Shown: positions 12,703 to 25,587 of the stretch, in pieces
How the letters are laid out: each line of letters begins with the position of its first letter
Numbering within the stretch: position 1 is the first letter of the stretch
Source: Eledone cirrhosa
Taxonomy: Eukaryota
Reading direction: 5' to 3'
Length of the DNA stretch: 64,000 nucleotides
NCBI GenBank assembly: GCA_964016885.1
Contig: OZ024747.1
Coordinates: 83,886,001-83,950,000 of the forward strand
Notes under the pieces: model-generated
Database searches by the model: none
Seen by the model: the letters and a program-made list of their open reading frames with translations, nothing else
What the model was told of the DNA's origin: nothing
Made by a program: the position numbers and the translations under genes

Positions 12703-13845
12703 TACACGCAATCACACAATTTTTATCTTCGCGACCCTCTCATGTCTACTGTTCTTTCATACCTCGCCACTATCTTTTCTTTGTTGTTCTTTTAACTTGT
12801 TTAAAATTATTTAGGATTTTGTTTTCTTTTAAAAAAGGGAGAATAATATTTTTGGCGAACTTGCAAGAATTTTGCTTTTTTAACGAAGACATTCTGTATT
12901 GTTTTTATATTCTTCTTATACTTTATTATTTTGTCTATAAGAATTTAAAAGTTTTGGAGAAAGAAGTATTCCGACAACCTTGTTTTAGAAATGTTATAAC
13001 TATGTTGGCTTAAAAAAAAAATAGAAAAAGGAAAAGTTTGGAGGTTTAAAGTTATTTTAATTTTTAGAAAGATTCTTGTTTTCGCAAAATTCTTCGCAGA
13101 AAATGTTTTAAGGAAAACCGTATATATGTGTCTGTATCTATGCATGTATATATATGTATGTATATGTGCATATGTACTTGTGCATATGTACTTGTGCATG
13201 TATATAGGAATCTGTGGAAGAAAAAAAAACAAGAAAGATATGGGACGAAGATGTGAAGAATGACCTCTAGAAATTAAACCTCACGAAAAAAATGACACAG
13301 GACCGACACAAAACACCAACCTACCATTACAAACGCTGCGAAACTAAAGTTAAACGTAATGAGAGACCAGACACTTTAGTGTTTAATGATCGAATGGAGA
13401 CAATGTAGAATTTGAGAGGACTCTTTGGTATGATCGAATATGTGACAACTTCTTTGATACTGATACACGTTTATATAGAAATAAAATTCACCCAGTACGC
13501 CTTGTAAAGCTTCAGTCTTGGTGCCACGATAAAATGCACCCAGTGCACTCTGCAATGCGATAGTATTGGTGTCACGAAAACATCGCACCAGTACACCCTT
13601 TATGGAGGTTGGCGTTGATTGAGAATATTCTTAATCAAAGACATTCCAGCCTATTATGTTCCTCTTTAACACATTGTTTATCTAAAACTTGATCATCAAA
13701 TGCAAGTTTCTTTTGAAGGGCGGTGTTTGACTACTGTGACAGACACTTTGACCCACAATGGACCTGAAGTACCAACACTGCAATATTATCTTTGACGCAA
13801 GAGGCTCCCCCTCGTTTTTGTTAAATATACATACATACACACACA

Positions 13846-13912
<67 letters not shown>

Positions 13913-13961
13913 AAAGATTGCTAGCTAGATAGATAGAGGCAAGGCTTCAAGAATTTGAATA

Positions 13962-15113
13962 TCTATACATATATATAAAACTGTAGTTGTCTGTGTGTGT
14001 CCTCATTTTTGCAAAGTCTATACAAATCCACATTTCTACTCTGATTGACATCAAACTTGCATTTATATATTCTTTGCGGTCTAAAGATATTAACTGCAGC
14101 TTTTATTTTTCAATTTTCTGTTGTTAGGCGCCGGTTATCGATCTCCGTCGAGCCCTTATAATATCAGTCTGTATGTCTGGCTGTCTGCATTACGACATTA
14201 TTACAAACACATCATTGCTGACGTATTACGTTCGCTTTTTTCCGTTCATTGCCAGGGAACGTCTTCACGAACCAAAGTATCATCTACCTGTTTTCCTTCG
14301 GTTGCAAAGTTTTTCGAAATATTTACTTCTGCGTTCACAGATTGATTTTTTTTAGTTTTAGAAGATCCCGTTAAGGGTGAAAGCAGCGATTATTTGCTTA
14401 AACTTTAATCTGTTATTTTAATATATAATATAAGCGAGGCAAGCCAGCCCAGTTGCCACTTCTTGCCAATAAACCCTTTATGCGCGATTCATCTAACTGT
14501 AGACACGCAAATACCAACTAAACGGAGCGTTGACAAGAACGATGGCGAATGAATCTTCGAGGTAAGCAGTTTCCTCCCGAGCTGTTAGTTCACGCGGGAT
14601 TCTCTGCTACACCGTTTCGTAATACCGAACAACTGCTGGTCACTCCTTCTTCCAAAAGCCGTACAAAGCGGACATGTGCATCGGGCAGATGGATCGGGTG
14701 CAAATCTACACCAGGCCTACGTGAGAAATTCGCAAAGGACTGCACCGAGAGGGATAGAGAGAAAGAGTAACTTAGTGACAAGAGTGCGAATGAACTTTTG
14801 CGGTAAGTAGCCTACGCCTTACTGCTATGGCACTGGAACCTTCTGCCAACTTAACCTGTGACTTTCTCTTTCACATTTACTCCAATAGGCCAAAACAGAG
14901 GAGTATGAAAAGAAGGGGCTCAACAATACTTCTATGAACAATGCACGTAGACAGCTAAACTGTACTTTCAACTTCTTAATTTTCTCCAAATAAAACAAGT
15001 TTCCTGTCGGTATATTTTCGTGAACTTTTAACAGGCACTCACAAATAAACGTTTCTCATTGGAGGTGCTATTGCCAATGTTCTTATCCGTGCAACGCCGG
15101 GATACACTGCTAG
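13962..15113 (+). mobile_element. non-autonomous Helitron
   Basis: 5' A|TC tatacatatatataaaac; 3' ccgtgcaacgccggg hairpin followed by CTAG|T. Confidence 0.75.
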
Positions 15114-15609
15114 TATATATATATATATAGAGAGAGAGAGGGGGGGGGGGGTAAAGAGGCTGACATAGTCAGGTGCAGTTTACATGCCGAGAGATAGAGA
15201 CTGTGTGATAGACTGACACGCAAATACCAAGATATAAATACATAAAAGACAAAACAAAACAACAAATACCGTTGTGTCATGTCTCATGCACAGAAGAGAA
15301 CGAAAATCCAAGAAATATATAAGCCAATACATAAGATACTGAAGAAAATTATAAAGATGATCTCTTTCATTTTAATATTCAATCTGTCACCAGCTGACCT
15401 AAATGTTAGTGTTGGTTTGACACATGGCAGTAGTTTAGAATAGATATGTTACAGTAATTAACTCATTTCCTTCCCTCCACCCACGCCGTCTCCTTGCAGC
15501 AGTGAAATATATAAAGAATCTGTAGAGTATCTTTCTAAACACATCTACTCACGGTTAATGAGATAAGAGATTTAAGGATAGTCAAATTACTTTATAAGCG
15601 GTGAGTTGT

Positions 15610-15803
15610 AATAACTGTTTCTACTTTTGGCACAAGGCCAGCAATTATCCCAGTGCATTACTAGTACTTTATTTTATCGATCCCGTAAGGATGAAAGGTA
15701 AAGTTAACCTAGGCGGGATTTGAACTCAGAGCGTAAAGTACCATAACTCTATGCTGTAAAGCATGGTGTCACACACTCTAGCGATTCTGCCAATTCACCG
15801 CCA
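15610..15803 (-). mobile_element. full-length tRNA-derived SINE
   Basis: Reverse complement of the 10495-10685 type. Confidence 0.85.
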
Positions 15804-15819
15804 CCTCAGAGTTGTAATA

Positions 15820-15950
15820 ACGTCGAACAGAATGCTTTGCGGTGTTCATATCGGCTCTCTGCGTTTTCTGAGTTTAGTTTAAATCATGACGAGGTCAACT
15901 GTGCCTTTCAACCTTTCGAGGGCGATAAAGTCAAGTACTAGGGTCACATT
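15820..15950 (+). mobile_element. SINE fragment
   Basis: 'gaggtcaactgtgcctttcaacctttcgagggcgataaa' core. Confidence 0.6.
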
Positions 15951-15952
15951 AC

Positions 15953-16026
<74 letters not shown>

Positions 16027-16178
16027 CTCTCTATCTATCTATCTGGATCTCGCGGCACGGGCCATTTTCCATATCTGAATTATATATAGTCTTAAGCAGT
16101 GCCGGGTTTAGGAGAAATGAGGCCCTGTGCTAGTTAAGTTATGATATAGTGGTCACATATCTGAATTATATATAGTCT

Positions 16179-16750
16179 TGTAGCGAGATCTGTCCACGCC
16201 TTGAACCTTGGATGACACCTAAAGGTCAAACTCTAGGTCACCACCCTTTTGGTGTGAACAGGTTCATGCGTGGGCTATCCCCTCAAGGTGTGAGACAGAA
16301 GGTGACAGGTATATAAAGCCTATATTTCCCACCTTAGATATAGAGACATCGGAGCACCACGATACAGACAAGCTATGTAAAGATTCACCCCTACCTTCAG
16401 GTCCCAGAGGTCTACAGAAACACAGAGAGATCGGAGCAGTACGCTATTACAAGCTATGTGAAAGATTCACCGCTATCTACAGGCCACGGTGGTCTACAGT
16501 CAACTACAGACCATTCAGAGGTCTACAGACCATTACTTTCTTTCTCTCCTGGTCACAGACTAAACCAGCCTCATGAACCAACAACAAAAATGACATTGTC
16601 AACCTTTGCAACACGTGGTAATATGTTTATTGTTCTTTTTGACTCAAGTGAAATAAACCTTTATATATAAACCAAATCTTTATTCTTGTTATTTCATCTA
16701 ACAATCGTGTTAATCCATTTAACAATACCTTACTTATACCCTTCGTTAAA
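16179..16750 (+). mobile_element. solo LTR (Gypsy-like)
   Basis: Starts TGTAGCG, ends CGTTAAA (degenerate ACA), flanked by GTCT/GTCT; TATATAAA at about 16310 and AATAAA at about 16652; the uninterrupted target sequence is present at 16071-16144. Confidence 0.7.
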
Positions 16751-17364
16751 GTCTTAAGCAGTGCTGGGTTTAGGAGAAATGAGGCCCTGTGCTAGTTAAG
16801 TTATGAGGTCCCTTGAAACAAATTTGAAAAATTCATCGTAAAAGATTTTGGAGGCAGGAAGATACCCCCACCCCACCCGCCCCTGGTCAACGGGGTCCTG
16901 AGCTTAAGTACATCTAACCACAATGGTAAATCCAGCAATAGTCTTGAGATACTAGCATCAGATTTTTCCTCAGCGTGATCACAGCCCAATGAACAGAGAT
17001 TTCTTTCAAAGACCCGGCGGCGTTCTTCGCAAAATATATCGCTATACTTCATATTCTATTAGAATTTTCCAAATACCCCAAAGACGAACACACAGACAAA
17101 TACACATATACACATGCAGAGAGAGACTTACCATATACATATGCACACACGCTCACGGAGATAGATACACACACACATATATATATCCCTCACACACACA
17201 TATATACATGAACGGACACACCTACACACACACGCACACCCATAGATACACACACACACACACATACATACACACACACACACATATATATATATAGATA
17301 TATACACCTTTGCAGATACTTATGCACATATATATACATGCACAACCCCCTCATACACAAACAC

Positions 17365-17429
<65 letters not shown>

Positions 17430-17456
17430 AATATACACACGCATGTACACACACAC

Positions 17457-17503
<47 letters not shown>

Positions 17504-17906
17504 TCTGCGATCTGTTATTAATATTTGTCTGCTGTTCAAATCGAGAAGTTTCTGGAAAACGAGGGAAGAAAATAGAAATTTTTTTCATCATTCTGGAAAT
17601 TATAATCCAACTGAATGAATTTCATCATTCAAGATCGAATAACATTCCTTCTCTTTCCTTTACATCTAGAACTCGTTCTTTCTCTGTCTGTTTCTCTTTT
17701 TTCTGTCTGTGTGTCTATCTTTCAGTCTCCCCCCCCCCCCTCTCTCTCTCCCCTTCCCCTTATTCTCCCTTTTTACAGTTACTGTGTGAGGTAAAAACTG
17801 TTATGAATAGAAAGACAGACATATAGAGAGTGAAAAGGCACACACTCAATCATATATGTATGTATGTATATGTATCATATATGTATCATATATGTATCAT
17901 ATATGT

Positions 17907-18452
17907 ATCACTGATGAAGGACTAAATTTATTCATATGTAACCCATTTGCAACCGCGCAGCACGCCATGTTTTTATATTCATATATAATTTCCCCCGGTG
18001 TGACCCGTCTGTTTCTTTCTTACTGCTTCCTCTTTTCTCTGTATCTCTCACTTCCTTTTACCCCCTCTAACAGTCACTCTCTCTGTTAGCCTTTTCCTCA
18101 CACTTTCACTCACTCACTCTCTGCTACTCCCTCTCCTACTTCCTCCCGTTAGACCTGTGCGAGATTCTTTCCTTACTCACATTTCGACCAGGTTTGATGG
18201 TCTTTATTCTCTCTCGTCCACAATTTCACAGAACTTATGTTCATCGATTTCAGGGACTTGACTCCTTCTTCCTCACTTTTCGTTGCATTACCATCTTTGT
18301 TTGTTTACTGTCTCGCGCGTTCCCCTTATTTACGTGTCCCAACGACTTTCTTTAGCCGTTGCTCGCACCAACCAGAAGTATATGGTCTTTAAAGCGATGA
18401 AATACCAATGAAGGCTGGAAGATCACTGATGAAGGACTAAATTTATTCATAT
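17907..18452 (+). mobile_element. 515-bp-unit element with 31-bp terminal direct repeat, in AT microsatellite
   Basis: atcactgatgaaggactaaatttattcatat at 17907-17937 and 18422-18452. Confidence 0.75.
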
Positions 18453-18580
18453 ATATATATATATTAATAAAAGGAATTCCAACTTTGTCTGATTTACTCG
18501 TTTTATTTACAATCCTTTAAAATTTATAATGGTATTAGAATGAAATAGTATGGTAGAATATTAAATGTTAAGTGTTAATT

Positions 18581-18617
18581 GAACAAGTACTTTCATGCTT
18601 TCGCAATCTTCAGGTTC
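18581..18617 (-). ncRNA. minimal type I hammerhead ribozyme (family A)
   Basis: GAAC-CTGAAGA-t tgc gaaa gca t-GAAA-GTAC-TT-GTTC, palindromic stem III. Confidence 0.85.
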
Positions 18618-18705
18618 ATAATGTGTGGTGACCGTCAAGTTTGCAATTTTCAACTGCAATTTTCAACAGTTGAAAATTGCAAACTTGACTGTCACCACAC
18701 ATTAT

Positions 18706-18742
18706 GAACCCGAAGATTGCGAAAGCATGAAAGTACTTGTTC
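18706..18742 (+). ncRNA. hammerhead motif, CCGAAGA core variant (family A)
   Basis: Same as 18581-18617 except U4->C. Confidence 0.7.
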
Positions 18743-19007
18743 AATTAACACTTAACATTTAATATTCTACCATACTATTTCATTATAATACCATTATACA
18801 TTTTAAAGGATTGTAAATAAAACGAGTAAATCAGACAAAGTTGGATTCCTTTTATTAATATAATCTTCTATACACAATCATACACACCCGTGTATATTTA
18901 TCTATCTATATATATATATGTATATATATATGTGCATATAGATTTATAGGAGCATACATACGAACATGTGTATATATGTTATACGTATAAGTGTGTTTAC
19001 ATATGCT

Positions 19008-19084
<77 letters not shown>

Positions 19085-19094
19085 GCATATACAA

Positions 19095-19143
<49 letters not shown>

Positions 19144-19146
19144 TAA

Positions 19147-19192
<46 letters not shown>

Positions 19193-19357
19193 CAGTGTAT
19201 ATATAATTATATATATATTCACACAGTGTATATATATATGTATATATATACATATATATAGTGTATATATAATTATATATATACACAGTGTACATATATA
19301 TACATATATATATATACATATATATAGTGTATATATAATTATATATATATACAGTGT

Positions 19358-19418
<61 letters not shown>

Positions 19419-19440
19419 TATGCATACTTATATATGTATG

Positions 19441-19479
<39 letters not shown>

Positions 19480-19553
19480 GCACGCATGTTCCTTTTACAT
19501 GGTTTATTTATATGTATGCGTATGTGTGTATATGTCTATACACACACACATAT

Positions 19554-19597
<44 letters not shown>

Positions 19598-19838
19598 CTG
19601 AAAGATAGAAACAGACAGAAAAAAAGGGAGAGAGAGCAAGAGAGAGAGAGAGAGAAAGAGACGAGTTGGCATAAGGGCAGGGTACCGGACGTCTGAACTA
19701 AACTTAGTATTTAGCTTCGTAAAATACCACGATAAAAGTTCATTTGCCGCAACGAGAGGTGAGTTCTGACGTCATACTACTCACCTCTACTATACTTACT
19801 ATACACATTTTATTAACACTATTTTGTTTGTTCTTATT

Positions 19839-19959
<121 letters not shown>

Positions 19960-19963
19960 CTTA

Positions 19964-20042
<79 letters not shown>

Positions 20043-20599
20043 TTATATATATAATCTTACTTATATATATAATCTTACATTACATTCACTCTCTCTCTCT
20101 CTGTGTTATCTTATTTTGCTGTCGATGCAGATCATCACTACGTTTTTTGGAGTCTAGGTTGTTTGTTTTTGTACTTTAGTACCGAGGCTGACTGTCCATT
20201 CAGGTATTTTAAGCAATTCCCAGCGGTCCACTGAGCAGATTATAAAGAAAGAAAAACTGAAAAATATGTTAAGGAACAATTGACCACCCTGGTAAATGAC
20301 AGATTATCAGGTACGGGTGGATGGGACCACTTATTTTATTTAGTTATCTAACGACAGCAACAGTTGACTGATAAATCGACAAGTCAGTGAATCATATTGG
20401 TGGCCTCCCCACAGCCCCGGCGGACAGAATGGAGAAGGCGTTTCCCCGGAGGACGGCAAAGGAGACGCGCTGGAAAAGCCATTCCAACTCGCGAGGCTCA
20501 CACCTGCGGCTGACCAGCTCAGCGCCTATGGTGGTGAGTAAGGAGGTAGCCCTAGGGTCGAGGGGGTTAGTTTTGAGACCACTTCTTGTTTAGTATTGT

Positions 20600-20920
20600 G
20601 TAGATGCAGCTTGGTCGGATGGTTACTAAGTTTACTTCACAATTATATGTTGCTGGATTCGATCCCACTACGTAACATCTTGGACAAGTACTAAGCCTTT
20701 AGAGGGAAATTGGGTGGGCGGAAACTGCTTGGAAGCCCATTAGATGGGTTGTATCTGTAATTGAAAGAACCAGCCTTTCCACACACTATCACGCCGAATC
20801 TCTTAGGGGATTACTTTAAGGCTACACGTGTTAGTGGTATCCTCAATAACTAGCACGTTAAGTTGACGAGCAGGCTGTTCCGTTGACCCAACTGGAACAG
20901 CCATCGTTGAAACAATCGAC
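20600..20920 (+). mobile_element. second SINE family copy
   Basis: B-box-like ggattcgatccc; body homologous to 5125-5360. Confidence 0.6.
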
Positions 20921-21644
20921 GCTCCATTCGATTTCATTCCAGTTGAGTATTTAGTTTTGTCACTCAACATTCAAACTACACACCTCACGAAACCTGAACT
21001 CGTCCCCAGAAAAACATTGAAGAAGCAAGGAGCCAATCGCCTGATGGAACCAAGGAAACTATGTTTCCATAACTGATAATTATCTGCTGATCGCAACTTC
21101 TGTCAGAAACGTAGAGCCGCTTTTTTCGGTGGCAGGAAGCAGAATTTGAACTCAGAACACACAGAGACACAAATAAGCCCGTAGTATCTTGGTCAATTGT
21201 CTTTTAATCGTAGCCTGAGTTCAAACCATGCCTCGTGAATGAAATTAGGTGGATGAAATTTGTATGTAAACCCATCCGATGGATTTGTACTTGTAACTCA
21301 AACACCAGTTGACTGACAACAGTTACTTATTTTACTAAATTCATTCAAATTGTTACTACTATTATTATTTGCAAAATGAATTAGTAAACATAAGTAGTAT
21401 ATCTCATAATATAAATAATTTATCTCATCAGAAATATGACAATAAAAGGGTTTACCTGAAGGTATTGCTCATCGTCGAAACTAACGGAATACCCAACAAT
21501 ATTGTGTTCTGAAAACTACAACCTATAATCAACCAAATATTGCTTCTAATATAGGCACAATGCCAGCAATTTGGGTATAGGTGAAAGTCGATTAACTCTA
21601 CTCCAGCACTTTACTGGAGTAGAGAGAATTAAACAGACAGATGT

Positions 21645-21957
21645 GATAACAATACTGCTATATTTAGCTCTCGGCTCTTAACTATTGATCTAGTCGTAGG
21701 GGCGCTGTTTTTATATTAGGCCTGTCTTGAGCATGTAAACCTTTTCCAGGTCTGAACTCAACCGATTTCTTCTTGAGAAAGAGATAGTGAGAAAGGATCG
21801 AGTTCAGTACTGGGTTAGTACTTTATTTATCGACCCCTAAAAGGATGAAAGGTAAAGTTGACCTCGGCGGGATTTGAACGCAGAATGTAACGGGGTCATA
21901 CCTAAATGCTACAAAACATTTGTCTGGCGCTCTAACGACCCTGCCAGCCTACCACCC
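21645..21957 (-). mobile_element. tRNA-derived SINE with long tail
   Basis: Collinear with 61795-62090. Confidence 0.75.
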
Positions 21958-22788
21958 TTATAACAAACGAAATATAACAACAATATCTGCTCTAAAAGGT
22001 TTCTTATAAGACAAGACAAATGTCTTTCTTTGTCAGTATTTTCTCTTCATTTCTTTACATTTATCATTTGTCGTCAAGGTGACCCCTTTAACCCTCTTAA
22101 ATTACAGCTTAACCAACTCAGCACGTGCTCACAATTCAGTAGACTACCACAGCCCTAGTGGGAGTGTTTACCTACTAATTGCACGGATAATCCCAGTAAA
22201 CCGGAGTTTTTAAAACACTATTGCACACGCAAGACATTTACACTATGTATATTTAGTATGCAGAATGCACCCCAGGGGGTAATTTCTCTCAGCCTTATTG
22301 TTGATAGACACAACACACCAAGCTCACTTACCCTACATCGTCCCTTCACTCGACCTATATCCGCCGCCCAAACCCTTCCCAATACCAATGCTACATTTAC
22401 CCTACACCTAATACTTACCCTACATACTCCTAACACCCCCATTACACTCGTCCTTCATCTCCCTACCCTATGTCTACCATAAACACGTCCTACATACATG
22501 ATAGCTTCCTTCCCACTCTGCAGAGCCTTACGGGCTCTCGTTAGTCCCTACCCTACTTCTCCCGTACCAAACAACAAACTATTCACTCAAAACACAATTC
22601 AATCTTCTGATCTCCTTACCCCTGGTGTAACTTTAATAGACAGACCCCACCCCACAAAAAACAACAACAACCTAGTATCCAAAACATTTTAACAAGGCCC
22701 TGCTACAACTCAACCAAAGAACGACCATACACTTCAACCTACATCTATTGTTGAATCCCATCACATCCCACCCCATACTGCAGCAATC

Positions 22789-22842
<54 letters not shown>

Positions 22843-22846
<4 letters not shown>

Positions 22847-22911
22847 CGAACAAAGCGGCGTTATAATAAGCATTCGCTAAACTGATACGTGCATATATGT
22901 ATGTGTACCTG

Positions 22912-23007
<96 letters not shown>

Positions 23008-23437
23008 CATGCTACTGTACGTCTGTATACATATATGTATGTACGTATACACACATACTTACATTTAAGTAAGTGCCATACTAAGAGTGAGAAATGAAAT
23101 TTCGTTTTCATTTTATTTCAACTTATCGTCTTCGGTATGCCTGACCGACTTAGCTCACTCGATATGCAAATTAGGCTGTTCAGCCGTTAATTTTCATAAG
23201 GAAAGTATATACTTTCGAACGTTCAACTATCTGGCAGATGGGTATACGGTGCTGATGATAGCTAACAAGCTGGAAACTAGTACATCGTTCCTGTGTCAGT
23301 GTTGAACAAAAAGGTGACGTGGTTGCCTTAACACCGTACGGCATACAAATTCAGGCTGTTCAGTTTGTTTACAAACGAACAAAGCGGCGTTATAATAAGC
23401 GTCCGCTAAACTGATACGTGCATATATGTATGTGTAC

Positions 23438-23510
<73 letters not shown>

Positions 23511-23623
23511 CATGCTACTGTACGTCTGTATACATATATGTATGTACATATACACACATACTTACATTTAAGTAAGTGCCGTACTAAGAGTGAGAAATGA
23601 AATTCGTTTTCATTTTATTTCAA

Positions 23624-23628
<5 letters not shown>
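22843..23628 (+). mobile_element. retrozyme-like tandem 1.5-mer (unit about 529 bp, family D)
   Basis: 22843-23126 repeated at 23372-23628; a single HHR lies between; ends in (TA)n. Confidence 0.8.
23247..23287 (+). ncRNA. minimal type I hammerhead ribozyme (family D)
   Basis: CGGTG-CTGATGA-t agct aaca agct g-GAAA-CTAG-TA-CATCG. Confidence 0.88.
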
Positions 23629-23700
<72 letters not shown>

Positions 23701-24110
23701 ATAATAATAAATGTGAAGACTAAAATCCGAAGAGGGCTCGATAAGGATAAATATATATCAAATATATAAGAACCGTAGAGGAATATTTATTAAAATAACA
23801 GGTTAAAGTTTAAGCAAAGAATCGGTGCTTTCACCCTTAACTGGAAAACAGCGATTCTTTGCTTAAACTTTAATCTGTTATTTTAATAAATATATATATA
23901 TATATAGTATTAGTTATACTATTTATGGTTATGTAAACACAAAACCTTAAGCAGTTGTAAGTATTTTACACACACCCTAAATAGTGGTAGGCAGTAATGT
24001 ATTACTACCTTATTACCAGTAAGTTAAGTAGCTCAATGTAAAAACATCAGATGATTTACAGAGCAGTTATATGAAATATAAGAATCAAAGAACTGTTCAA
24101 AACATTATTG

Positions 24111-24157
24111 TGCTTACAGCTGTTTCCTCCAAACCGAGGTTTGGATTCTTCGGAGCA
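24111..24157 (-). ncRNA. hammerhead motif of PLE1 (inverted arm)
   Basis: TGCT-CCGAAGA-a tccaaacc tc ggtttgga g-GAAA-CAGCTG-TA-AGCA. Confidence 0.8.
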
Positions 24158-25587
24158 ATTTATTAATGCATGGACAGTTATATGACCTCCTTTTCAGCTG
24201 AGAGACATACCAATACATATTCAAACATTGATACATATTCAAACATTGTGGGTCAACATTCATTACAGAATTTAGAGTGGCAGTACACACTTCGAGATTA
24301 CATTTATATTAATAGGTACAATCAAAAATCAAAGATATAGGTTAAAGTACAACATGAAGATAAGTGGTTATATAGTGCAAATGTTATATGTGTGGCACGC
24401 ATGTGCGTCTTGTTTATATAGTGTGGCAGAGAGATATGTGTGGTAGAGGCACTTAGGTAGGTAAATAAGAGTGTTAGGTTGGTAGATCTGGTGGCAAAGT
24501 CTTTATATGATTGATATAGTCTGCGTGTGGAGAAATATTATAAGCATTAAAGATAGTGCAAGCATTAAAAGTGTTATAAGTATTGGAGATGCACAGCGCA
24601 GGGATGTCAAGTAATTCATGTACTTCGGTATTTTCATGGTCAAGGGAGTGTATATTTCGATTATATGCCTTTCACATAATCCACGACAATCCAGTTAGAG
24701 ATCGTAGTCTGGTGTTCTTTAGTTCGATACAGGAGGTTGTTACGTTTCGAGAGACGCCATTGAATACCGGAAGTGTGTGTGTGGCTAAGGGGAGTTAATG
24801 CATGCGGGGAGGTAACTCTGGGGTTTCTATATCTAGCCATTAAAATGTGTCTCAATATAGACCCTAAATTCTATGGTGAGGTGCACCTTCCAAGAGAGAC
24901 TTTTAAAGCATAAAGTGTACTAACTATAGAGTAGTTTAACTAAATTATGCTGAAGGTGATCATATTATTATTAGGGTGGATTAACCCATCTCAAGGTGCT
25001 ACAAATGGAAATTATAGATGATGAGCGAGGATTCTAAATTAATGATCTCTATGGTTGTAGTCTGCTCATATGACCAGGCGCGGTGATTGCAGGATTGCTT
25101 CAGGACCCAATGATCTCTGGTAAGATCTGGGTCATCGCTTGCTACATTGGATGTCGAAAGATAATCATCCCCAGGCAGGCCAAAGGTCAATCCGCAGTCC
25201 TCGCGACCCCTCTCTGACCGTCAGATCATCCATATACGTACAACCCGCACGGCAGTTGCATTGCATTCACTCACTGCGTTCAGCAGCCTGGTCCTACTGG
25301 TCAACAGCGCTACTCGATTAAATCATTTTACATCTGTCTAAGGAAGGTGTTTCCTCTGCCCAACACCATCCAACCGATCAATTCATGCTCAAATTACCCT
25401 TAGAGCGGTGTAGTGCCGTCCAGGTGGGTGGATGTTGTCACACCTGCCGTAGAGGTATAAATGGGTATTTTCCCTGTGTGTAAAATACTTACAACTGCTT
25501 AAGGTTTTGTGTTTACATAACCATAAATAGTATAACTAATACTATTAACTGCTCCATATCGTTGAGCTGACATATAATATTGCCAAT

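Larger units (their letters stand above)
18461..19150. mobile_element. fold-back copy of HHR family A
   Basis: Arms 18461-18656 and 18667-18861 are reverse complements; right arm continues with homology to 8740-9050. Confidence 0.85.

Noticed and set aside
20203-20310. Possible ag...gt exon
   Set aside because: Stops in all three frames; could only be non-coding, and there is no evidence for that
21980-22790. C/A-rich segment resembling PLE strand composition
   Set aside because: No RT/EN motif or HHR found; composition alone is insufficient
24583-25321. Short ORFs duplicated at 28327-29065
   Set aside because: Duplicated only because they lie in the PLE inverted arm; no protein motifs
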